From Lytechinus pictus (taxonomy: Eukaryota), in assembly GCF_037042905.1 (NCBI RefSeq), contig NC_087245.1, positions 8,620,001 to 8,684,000 of the forward strand: DNA of 64,000 nucleotides. Direction: 5' to 3'. Under the pieces are notes generated by a model. That model did no database searches, was not told the origin of the DNA, and saw only the letters and a program-made list of their open reading frames with translations. A program made the position numbers and the translations under genes. Positions 53,391-64,000 of this stretch are shown piece by piece (the first letter of the stretch is position 1; every line of letters starts with the position of its first letter).

Positions 53391-56178
53391 TAGTCAGGCA
53401 GCATATGTAATTTACTTCGACAAATTGGCTAAGTCTGATTTTTCACTTTTATGTGATTGGTGACATCACGAGGAACAACTTTCAACTTGGTGACAAAATT
53501 CTAATGGTCATCTTGACCATGTTAGTGGCCAAAATGTGGTCAATATGGGTCAATTTTTTAAATTGCCCCGATTCTGTCGAGTGACATATCAAATTGTTTG
53601 TCTTGTTATACTGAACAAAAAAGTGAACACAATTATACACTCTTGACCTTCCGTTAAAAAGTTATGGCCGGAAATGTCAAAGGTCAACGAACTTTCTTTA
53701 AATGGCAAATTACACTGAAGGTGTGAAGAAAGCTCATTTTCCGTGTTTTTATGCATGTGTGTACATTTTTATTTTCGATTTTGATAAGTCCATCGTCATA
53801 AGTCCTTATCCAGAATATATAAAGGATCAAGACAAGGTCAGGGAAAGGTCAAAAGGTCAACAAACTTTCATTGGAAGCCAAACTACACGTCTAAAAGCGG
53901 TTATAGAAGTTTAGAAGTCTTATTTTTCGTGGGTTCTTTATTTTGAAAAGTCTATATCTATAAGAAGACATTATATATAAAGGGGTCAAATGTGCTTATT
54001 CTGAACAAAATAGATAAAGAGAGATAGACGTCGAATACATTCAGTGTGGTATCATTGTATTGCAGGAATGCCTCGAAACGACTTGACAAACCCTAATGCC
54101 CTTAAAAGTCGTATCATCTTCATGATGTTATAAGTGCAACCTCTCATTGGCAGTGCAACAAGGATGTGTGATGTCACATGTGAACAACTTTCCCGTTGAT
54201 GAACTATAAAATACCCTCAAAATATCTCTTTCTGCTTTTTCTTGTGGTGATACAAACTCATAATCCATGATGTATTCTTTAAAAATCTGTATTACATGCC
54301 CTCCTATAGAAAGAACACATGATCTGCTGATAGATGTGATAAAAGAGGCATTTTAAATGAAATATAAGCTAAAGTAATGGGGAGAGTTGTTCACAAGTGA
54401 CGTCCACTAGCGTACCTACGGGGGGGGGGGGGGGGGGACAGGGGGCAGTTCCCCCCCTTGACGAGCCACAACCCATGCAAAGGATGTATCCCTGCCCCCC
54501 CCTGACGAGCGTGAAATACATTTTTTGCCCCACCCCTGACGTGCTTGAAGACCTTTATTGCTCCCCCCCCCTGACGAGCTTGAAGACCTTTTTTTTTTTT
54601 TTTTTTTTTTGCATGTCAATTTTTGGTAAGAAATCCTTTATTTGTGATTGAGGACCTTTTTTTTTTTGGGGGGGGGGGGACGGTTTTGCCCCCCTGTGGA
54701 AAATCCTAGGTACGCCACTGGTGACGTAACACATCTTTCTCAAACTTTCGTTGATCTGTTTCTTTGATTTTTCTGTTTTCATACAAGCTATCTTGTTCCA
54801 AACGTTTCATTCTCCCTTAATACCAGTTCTCGCGATAGTGATGTGCATAGATGCTAGATGCAGATTTTTTTTTTTTTTTTTTTTTTTGTCGTTTTTGTTT
54901 TTTTCCTACTTGCTGAACTACCTGGATGTTACTAGAAAGAATAATCACATATCTCATTAAAGTAAACCACGGCCATACCGCAGCGGGAAGGGGGAGGGGG
55001 GCAGCTGCCACCAGAAATTGTGAAGACTTGCATTTTTACTGAAAAATAAATAAAACTGACCAAAAGTATGCACGGAATCCTTAAATTTCATTTTACAAAA
55101 TGCAAAAGGGCCCCAATGGTAAGCTCAGAACAGTTCATTCACCAGAAATGTGTAGTCCTTCTTGGCTCCAGAGATCGAGCATCTTATTCGCAAGATAATC
55201 CAAATGAAATGTTAAGCAACTTTAGAAGCTGGGAGCACTGATCAATCGATGTGTTTAGTCTGTTAACATAATATTATACTTATACCCCAACATTACAATA
55301 ATTTCTGTTAATTAGAATATTCTGTACAAAGCAAATGAAGGAAATACTTCTTTACATATCAAAGACTAGTAAATTGAAAATGAATTGAACTTGAATTGAA
55401 TTCCTAAATTAAAAAAACTCACTGGTTGCACTTGATTATCACACCATGAAGATGATAAGATTTTATTAAGGGCATAAGGGTTTGTCAAGTCGTTTCAAGG
55501 TATTCCTGCAATACAATGATACCACACTGAATGTATTCGACGTCTATCTCTGTTTATCTATCTTGTTCCTAAATAAGCACATTTGACCCCTTTATATATA
55601 ATGTCTTCTTAGATATAGACTTTTCAAAATAAAGAACCCACGAAAAATAAGACGTCTAAACTTCTAACCGCTTTTAGACGTGTATTTTGGCTTTAATGAA
55701 AGTTTGTTGACCTTTTGACCTTTCCCTAACCTTGTCTTGACCCTTTATATCTTCTGGATAAGGACTTTTGACGATGGAATTATCAAAATCGAAAATAAAG
55801 AAGTACACACATGCATAAAAACACGGAAAAATGAGCTTCCTACAGTGTAATTTCCCATATAACGAAGTTCGTTGACCTTTGACATTTCCGGTCATAACTT
55901 TTTAACGGTAGATCAAGAGTATATGGTTGTGTACACATTTTTGTTAAGTATAACAAGACACATAATTTGATGTGTTACTCGACAGAATTAGGGCAATTAA
56001 AAAAATCGACCCCTATTGACCTTATTTTGACCCCTAACATGGTCAAGATGACCATTAGAAATTTGTCACCAAGTTGAAAGTTGTTCCTTGTGATGTCATC
56101 AATCACATAAAAGTGAAAAATCAGACTTAGCCAATTTGTCGAAGTAGCCGGTAAATCATGACATATGCTGCCTGACTA
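53391..56178. mobile_element. Academ-like foldback element with ~735-bp TIRs
   Basis: Termini TAGTCAGGCAGCATATG...CATATGCTGCCTGACTA, 3-bp TSD TAC; arms 53391-54128 and 55441-56178 are inverted homologues. Confidence 0.85.
54405..54720. mobile_element. hAT-like poly-G/C MITE, innermost insertion
   Basis: CACTAGCGTACCTA...TAGGTACGCCACTG, TSD GTGACGTC/GTGACGTA. Confidence 0.8.
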
Positions 56179-57222
56179 TACCATTGTTTTAACATTTTTT
56201 GGTTCAGTCAAGTTGGTCATTATTATCAAATCTGTAAAAATTGAAATATTGTATTGTTCAAACAATTAAAAAAAACAAAAGAAAAAGTGAGTGAGGGACA
56301 TCAACTCATTTGCACATCACTGAGTTGTTATAAATGTTTTGTGAAAAATAAGCAAAACTTAAAAATGGCATAACTTTCTTATTTTACATCCGATTTCGAT
56401 GAAATTTTCAGCATTATGCTTGTTTGAATTTTCTCTACTGATTCAAATCAACCGCAATGGCCCCCTTAAAAATTTCTATGATAAATCCATAAGCACAACA
56501 GGGCCACGCCATATTGTTCAAGACTATTTTTTGGATACATGCATGGATATGCGGTTATGATATTACACAAGTGCATGTCAGACCAGAATTGCTCAATATC
56601 ATGATTTCATGTATCAAGCCAATGCAAAGTGGAGGATGTGCATACATTGTGTGCAGGAATGACTGATTGAATCTGATGACTGGGGTAATAATATATCTGT
56701 AAAGTGCTTAGACACATCGTTCCGATGTATTGAGCGTTATATAAAAGCGGACTATTATTATTACTTAAAATATTGGTATAATTGATTCAAATTAAATAAA
56801 GCATATTGAGTAAATGAAATAAAGCTTTGAAAGCCTATAGTATATATAGATTACGTCATTTTCTTACATTGTGCAAATTCTTCTCACCCCCTAGATTGAC
56901 AAGACTAAAAAAAAACCTGAGATGTATGAGGAATAAACATATAAAATGTCAACTTACTTTTTCGGCATTCAATTTCCTTGATTTAGTAATTTTGGGGAAA
57001 ATATGAACTTTTCTGTTGAAAATTCAGTAACAAAAATTGTAGTCATCTCTTACTTACTCCAAAAATGTATTTAAAACATCAAGAGCTTCAATCATACTGT
57101 ATTAAGTGTACAATTTAATTGATTTATAGAAAATTACATCGTTCGCTGGAAAAAAACGTTTTAAAACAATAAAAAACTTTTTTTTTTTTTTTTTTTTTTA
57201 AACATTTTTTATTACAACCCTG

Positions 57223-57290
57223 CCCCTGGGCTCAAACCATGGACCCTGGAGATGCAAGTCTGATGCCTAATACCAATTGAGCTACACTAT
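57223..57290 (-). mobile_element. tRNA-like/SINE head split by the hAT insertion (remainder at ~52575-52598)
   Basis: Minus strand gtgTAGCTCAATTGGta..agacttgcatct..GGTTTGAGCCCagggg contains A and B boxes; the cloverleaf is imperfect. Confidence 0.6.
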
Positions 57291-57653
57291 TTCCCATAGA
57301 CTTTACACATAAGCAAATTAAGAGGATCTGAAATCCAATTTTGCAAGAGAAATACGGGCATGATCCCGGCATCTGATCGGAAAATGGAGACCACATTAAT
57401 GATAGCTTAGAATCTCAGCTACAACATACTCCAAGCTCAGAGAAAACCGACAAAAAGAAATGGAGATATGGCTCGCGAAATAGAGGAATGTAAAGTCAAG
57501 TTTTGAGAAAAAGTCATTTCCCATAGAGATTGCACACAAAATGAGCGAAAATGACATGCCTCTATAACTTGCCATTTTTCAGGATGATTCGTTCCTTTAA
57601 ATGTAAATATAGCCATCACATTAGAAAGAGTATGTCCTCAGCTACAACATATA

Positions 57654-58546
57654 AACAAGTGGAATGCCTCTGGCCGTCTCACCTGCATCACGCGATTCAA
57701 TATAGCAGCAGTGCTGATTTTGAAAACTACTATAACTCGCACAAGATGTTCAGTGATACTTGGTTACTCTTATTTCCACGTTTTATGAACTAGACCAATA
57801 CACTTATAGAGATATGATGGCAATTCAACAAATACCCCCAACGTGGCCAAAGTTCTTTGACCTTACATGACCTTTGACCTTGATCATGTGACCTGAAACT
57901 CGCACAGGATGTTCAGTGATACTTGATTACTATTATGTCCAAGTTTTATGAACTAGACCAAAACACTTTCAAATTTATGGCTGTAATTCAACAAATACCC
58001 CAATTTGGCCAAAGTTCATTGACCCTAAATGACCTTCGACCTTGATCATGTGACCTGAAACTTGCACAGGATGTTCAGTAATACTTGATTACTATTATGT
58101 CCAAGTTTCATGAATCAGATCCATAAACTTTCAAAGTTATGATGGTAATTCAACAGATACCCCCAATTCGGCCAAAGTTCATTGACCCTAAATGACCTTT
58201 GACCTTGGTCATGTGATGTGAAACTCATGCAGGATGTTCAGTGATACTTGATTAACCTTATGTATAAGTTTCATGAACTAGGTCCATATATTTTCTAAGT
58301 TATGATGACATTTCAAAAACTTAACCTTAGGTTATTAAGATTTTGATGTTGATTCCCCCAACATGGTCTAAGTTCATTGACCCTAAATGACCTTTGACCT
58401 TGGTCATGTGACATGAAACTCAGGCAGGATGTTCAGTAATACTTGATTAACCTTATGGCCAAGTTTCATGAACTAGGTCCATATACTTTCTAAGTTATGC
58501 TGTCATTTCAAAAACTTAACCTCAGGTTAAGATTTGGTGTTGACGC

Positions 58547-58577
<31 letters not shown>

Positions 58578-58626
58578 GGAAAAGCGGTGCCTATAGTCTC
58601 ACTCTGCTATGCAGGTGAGACAAAAA
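57654..58626 (-). mobile_element. HINE family A copy 3
   Basis: Near-identical termini and ~125-bp tandem repeat core; expanded gccgtc microsatellite at ~58545-58578. Confidence 0.85.
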
Positions 58627-59659
58627 CTGAGCGAAAATTGACCAATGTTTACGGAGTTAGAGTCAAATATGCATAACTATGATGACGTCATAAGTAGCAA
58701 AGTGGAAATTTTGAGTTCCGACGCCATTTTTAAGGGTTAAAAGTGGCATGAAATCATATCTCCCATCCATACTCTATTCGAATACGAAAAAAAAAATTGG
58801 GGGTCAACGGACTTCCTGAAGAGCTAGAATGAATTTTGTATAGGCATGTTTTTGCACATATATTGTCTATGGTTAGTGCGTGCGCGCGCAATTGCTGTAA
58901 ACTTTGATGGAGGCTAATTCCGTTATTACTTGTCGTAGAAGGTTGATCAAGGTATCAAATTATTCAGATTTATGTTATCGTTGCATCGATATAAAAAAAA
59001 TGGCGATCCTATGCTCTGTAGTGCCGTTACGCACGAGAACGCGCGCGTAACCGTGTGCGCGTGCAAATTTTTGAAATGCTTAAAATGACTTGAATCATAC
59101 TCTACTTTGGTCAAAAAGTGATTTTGATGGACAGTTGACCCTTGATCTGAAGTTAATGTGATGTAAATATTGTTAATTTTTGAAAATTGATAATGTGATT
59201 TTACAAAATGGCGTCTAGATGATGTCATGATGACCTTTTGACCTTGAACTTGTTTTATACACATGACATGATAAATCCCCATATCTGATGATATTTTGAA
59301 GATAATTGATGATGTAGATTTTGTGCTAACAAGAAAAGGGCGGAAAAAACCAAAAAAACATATAAATAAATAAAAAAGAAAATTCATACAAAATTAACAG
59401 TTGATCTGTCGATTGACAGATCACCTAATAATAATAATATTATTACTGATGAGAAGAATACAGAGAGAGTATTAACAGCAAAGGTGAAAAGGGATGTGTT
59501 TTGAGTTGCAGGATGAGGGGGAGAACGGAGGATAAAGTAGTGGACAAGTAAGAGAACAAGATAAACCATGCCAAAGATGTTATGGAGAATGACTGAATCT
59601 GAAAAAGAAAAGTGGGCGAAGGAAAATGGGAGTAGGAGAGGGAGAGATAGAATACCCAC

Positions 59660-59767
59660 CTGACCAGGGAATATCATCCTACTTGTACGATGATTGAGTC
59701 TCATAAGTAGAGAGGGTGAGGTATCAAATGAAAGGGCGATACTGTCCAGAGTGTCTCGTGCCATCAC
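59660..59767 (-). CDS. OXR1: OXR1/NCOA7 LysM-domain exon (VMARDTLDSIALSFDTSPSLLMRLNHRTSRMIFPGQ)
   Basis: LysM consensus Y.V...DTL..IA..F......L..LN......PGQ.L.VP is split across three exons; 108 nt, AG/GT, phase 0-0. Confidence 0.93.
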
Positions 59768-61589
59768 CTGAAAAATGTCAAATATAGAGAAAAGAAATTA
59801 ATTCTGAATTTCCAAGGGTTCATTGTGATACTGCCTTAGATATAAAAAAGCCCTAGGTATGCATGTGCATGTACATGTATACTGTACTGCTCATAGTTTC
59901 ATTCAAATTATTTTGAATCATGAGTAAACTGACTGATTCATGAGTCAGGTCTACAATGTAGCATATGCCTAGTACATGTAAATACACCCACATGACCTGG
60001 ATGCGTTCGTTGAAGGTTTTACACTGATAATAGAGCTATCAGCAAATTGAAATTAAAAAAAAAATATCACTTTTTTCTTTAAAACTCAGTTTCATTACAA
60101 ATAGAAGAAGGCATTTATTTATTTACATGACCTCCTTTCCCTGTAGCTACATGTATGTGTTGCAGTGTTTCCTAACAACTCTTTATATCCTTGATTGTTT
60201 ATTTTCTCAACCCCATCCTCAATCTCTCTTACACCTTCAACGCATCTTCTTCTGTCATCTCTTTCTTTCACTGCTTCTCTTTCATCTGGAGTCCCATTCT
60301 CAATCTCATTTTTTTTATTCTCTCTCCCTCTCATTTTTTGTTTTCCCTTTCACTCCCTCTCTCTCTTCGTCTCTTTTCCTCTCAATCTCAGAAGAAGTGA
60401 GCTAACATCTATCCAACTGTAGTGTAATGGAATAAGCATCTGTCTGTCACTATGGTCTAATACACTCACTAGCTACACGCATCTCTGTATTCAAGCAATC
60501 ACAACTTCAAGTTCATTTCTGTCTCATGCAAGCTGCTGTCCCTATGCATAACACAAGCATCTTCAAGCTAAAAAAACATGTAGAACTCTATTCATGACGT
60601 GCTTCAATGAAAATACAGATCTGCATACAGTATGTACAATCAAATATGTACGTCAGCATATATCAATATACCAAAAAATTACATATGATCATAATGATAG
60701 CTGGATTTATATAGTGCTTTTTCTACAGGATAATAAGTGCAACTATATCCTTACCTCTTCTCTAAAGAGAGGAGGGGATGGGCTATGAGTGGTGGAGGTG
60801 GGTGGTACAGTATTTATATTTCGTTCACGTCATATTCAAAGATTTTTCACACAAAAAAACATGACAACTTTCTACTACAATACCCAAAAGTGTTAGAGCA
60901 ATATTAGTGATAACTGGGAGTTCCTTGATGATTTATAAAAAGGAACATTTATGTAATGATTGCATATAAAATAATCTTGATATACATGCACATGTACCAG
61001 CTTCTATTTAGACATTTAAAAAATCATATTTGCTCTGCTATAAACGTTGGAGGAAATGTGAACATTCCATATCACAATAACAATGTAGCCTATAATCATC
61101 AATAAAGTGAATAAGAAACTACCCAACCAAAGGTAGTATATGTAAGTAAATTAAAGCAATTAAAAATGGGTATATTATAATAATCCAGTTTAGCCCCTAG
61201 AAATGATTAATTGTAAACAGCTAGGGCACTATATGTACCTCACACTGATGAATTAGCAGCACAGTGCAATCTGATATATTATGCATGTGTACGAACGAAT
61301 CATGTTGATTGCAAGCAGTGACAGCACAGGGGTGCGTTGCAACGCTGTTTAAGTTCATGTCGCTAGAGGGTAACCACACAGGCAGTGAATAGGGAATATG
61401 TATGTAAGAAGAATTAAAGGTGAATTATGGTTCATATTTCTTTCCTATAAATTTGTTCATGTTCTTGGAGAAAATCTGTTTGAATGATGAAATAGAAGGA
61501 AACAAGATAGACAAGAAGCATGTGAATAAAGGGGAATCAGAAACATGGGAATCATTTTTGTTAATGGAAGTATTGAAATGATGATAGAT

Positions 61590-61685
61590 GAAGACAGATA
61601 GTATAGCTAGAAAGAAAGAGATAGATATAGATAGATGGATGGATATATCTAGATAGACAGAAAACAGACAGACAGACAGACAGAA

Positions 61686-61716
<31 letters not shown>

Positions 61717-61760
61717 TAGATAGATAGATAAATAAATAGATTGATAGATTGACTGATAGT
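61590..61760 (+). repeat. Compound (GATA)n/(GACA)n microsatellite
   Basis: Directly visible. Confidence 0.9.
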
Positions 61761-62120
61761 TAAATAATAAATAAAGCAGTGAGAATGGTGATGAGGACTG
61801 CAATTTGCTTAAAACAGATCATCACCATCATCAACATATAAACTTTGAGAAAAGTACTATCAAGATGTGATTGGCAACTGGTGGTGGTGATGAGACTTCA
61901 TAGATCATAATTATGCTGAGAAGTGATTATGAGTATTATTTAAAAGATATGGTGAAGATGTTTCCTTCAACAGATATAGGTGGATAAATATTAATGATCG
62001 TAAAAATGGGTACTTCTTAAATCTGAGGTTTATGTAAGTTTGAACAGTGAGCAAAACATGTTCAGGCATAGTTTTGAAAAATTGGGAGGGGGGGGGTGAG
62101 CAAATGATATGATTACTAAC

Positions 62121-62203
62121 CCTGTATTCAAGAGTCCCCTGTGGCTGACTGAAGAAGCTCTTTCTCTTGCTGTTCCCATCTTTAGTGCTGCTTAAGTCAG
62201 TAT
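62121..62203 (-). CDS. OXR1: OXR1/NCOA7-family exon preceding LysM (..KRKSFFSQPQGTLEYR); upstream exons lie outside the window
   Basis: tttag acceptor, gttagt donor, ends in phase 0. Resembles OXR1 'PKGTIEYTV' as recalled. Confidence 0.85.
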
Positions 62204-64000
62204 CTAAACAAATAACAATATGTCAGAAAATAACGGAAATAATTATTTAAACTTACATGTGACTCAACTGTAGGCCCTCTGAAATACATTATGATCAGCC
62301 CATGTAACACAGAAGTCCAAAGTAAAGCTTTGTTCTCTTCATTATAGACAGAGTAAACAATATGCCTTTTTACACTCTGATTTAGCCCATTTTATGCATA
62401 ATTTATATATCATGAAATCAGGCCAGACTCGTTCACAATTAAACCACCATGTTTCATTTAAATATATTATCTTTTAGCATTAAATATCCTTTGATAAATA
62501 AGAAAAAAAAACTTTTCTGTCAACCTAAGCAAGGAGATTTCTATTATTAATGGGAAAGCTTGTAATTTATGAATATCCTTTTATCATGTGTAACAAAGGT
62601 TACAGTGCCTTGGAAAGACATGAATCCTATTGTCAAGGGAACATTCATTCCTTGAACAAGTTAAATTGTGTGCTTGACAGGACAATGTTAATTCTAACAG
62701 AAGGATTCATGTCTTTCAAAGGCACCATAACCTTGCAGCACATAATAAAAATATTTGATTAAATAACAAGCTCTCATATTAATAATCCGAATCTCTTTAC
62801 TTTGGTCGAATCATTTGTAGCTTTTACTTATGAAAAAAAAAATTCACTGCTGAAAGATACCATATAAAAAAAAAAAAAACAGAACAATTCAAGTAAATGA
62901 ATAGATTTCAAAATTAATAGAATTCGAAAATTTTGGCAAAGATAATGAAAATATTAAAAGGAGGTTTGCTGATTAGATTCAGATTTATTTCCAACAGAAC
63001 ATAATAAACAATTAGCAAGGAGTCTGATGATCATCAATATTTGATGCCATTTGGCGCAAGCCTTTTTTTGAACCCCTGATAAAAATGTTTCATGTTCACT
63101 CAAGCATGAACGAAACTCAATTTTTAAAATGGCATTTGAAAGATATAAAAGACATTAGAGCATCTTTTAACATCAAAATATAGACATCATAATTTGAAAC
63201 AAAATTTTGATAGACTTTTCAAAACTGTCCCGTTTTTTTTATATGCACTGTATACCCCCTTCAAACTTCATTTGGAGGGGGTATAAAAACATACTGAGTG
63301 CAGATGTCCATTGGACTACAGGGATATAATGAAAAAAAAAATAAGTTTAGGGCCTAAATGATACATTCCTATCAACCTAAATAAATGGAATGGGAGATTG
63401 AATAAAAAAAGGATATATATACTGTCCCTTTTATTTTCAAATGATAGTGAAAACTTGACTAAGAATTAAACAGTTACGAAGGTAACATATTTTTTACAAT
63501 TAATTTCATGAATTTTTTTCTCAACAATCTTGAGCAATCTTGAGTGAATATCAATAAAGACATTCTATTAAAAGCAGAGTCAGTTGCCAACTCTGTCTAT
63601 AGAATACTATGTAGTTTCAAATCAATAGAACAAGGGATAAGTTGGAGCTTGAAGTAAATCACCAGTTTCATCATAAAAGAAATAAAATAACATTTGTGAA
63701 TTGCAAAGGGAGCCTACCCTCAAGCCCCCCCCCCTCGGAAATAGTATTATCCACCTGATACAGAAAATAACATGGATCCGATATGTATAGGCAGTAGATG
63801 TACACTGTAGGCAGCAGGTACTGCTCGCAGATTGAAAAATCAATACTTACCCTCAAACTATTCCATTAAAAAAATTTAATGTGTCTTTGAAGAGAAAAAT
63901 TCTGCTCTGTTTATTTTTTACATAAGATTGTAACAGACACGAGAGTCATTAAACTATTAAGCATCAATGAAAATAACGTAGTCACTTATTCTACCCAAAT

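Larger units (their letters stand above)
53148..56465. mobile_element. Kolobok-like palindromic MITE interrupted by the Academ-like element
   Basis: TTAA|AGGACAAGTCCAC start; 53178-53260 is inverted-homologous to 56335-56415; right terminus degenerate before TTAA at 56466. Confidence 0.65.
52599..57222. mobile_element. hAT-like element (4.6 kb including nested insertions)
   Basis: TIR CAGGGTTG/CAACCCTG; exact 8-bp TSD CCCCTGGG at 52591-52598 and 57223-57230; subterminal gttttaaaac repeats at both ends. Confidence 0.85.

Noticed and set aside
57223..57290. Functional tRNA-Ala(TGC) gene
   Set aside because: Stems are imperfect, the B box is mutated and the 3' end is disrupted by a transposon; it is SINE- or pseudo-tRNA-like.
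63848..63900. Additional upstream OXR1 exon at a minus-strand gtaagt donor (~63850)
   Set aside because: No convincing acceptor or family-like peptide is visible before the window end.

Overview
AT-rich, intron-rich animal genomic DNA. The repeat repertoire suggests an invertebrate deuterostome such as a sea urchin; this is an inference. Two protein-coding genes lie in tandem on the minus strand. (1) The 5' part of SRRT/Ars2 (serrate RNA effector): five coding exons between 460 and 6617, continuing off the left edge. (2) Most of an OXR1/NCOA7-family gene (LysM + GRAM-like + TLDc): twelve coding exons between 27167 and 62203, the start lying beyond the right edge, with a probable ~3.5 kb 3'UTR. 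I assembled the exon chains by hand from GT-AG sites, and all phases are consistent. The rest is dense with non-autonomous transposons: Helentron-type HINEs with internal tandem repeats, hAT/Harbinger/Kolobok/piggyBac-like MITEs, an Academ-like foldback, tRNA-derived SINEs and a fragmented LINE reverse transcriptase. The best leads are a candidate internal first exon for a TLDc-only OXR1/NCOA7 isoform, a 5-6 level nested transposon stack with recoverable target-site duplications, a 48-nt SRRT cassette exon, and a decayed spliced Gln-rich gene antisense to SRRT. I found no convincing wholly novel multi-gene system. Transposon superfamily calls rest on terminal sequence and TSD length only.
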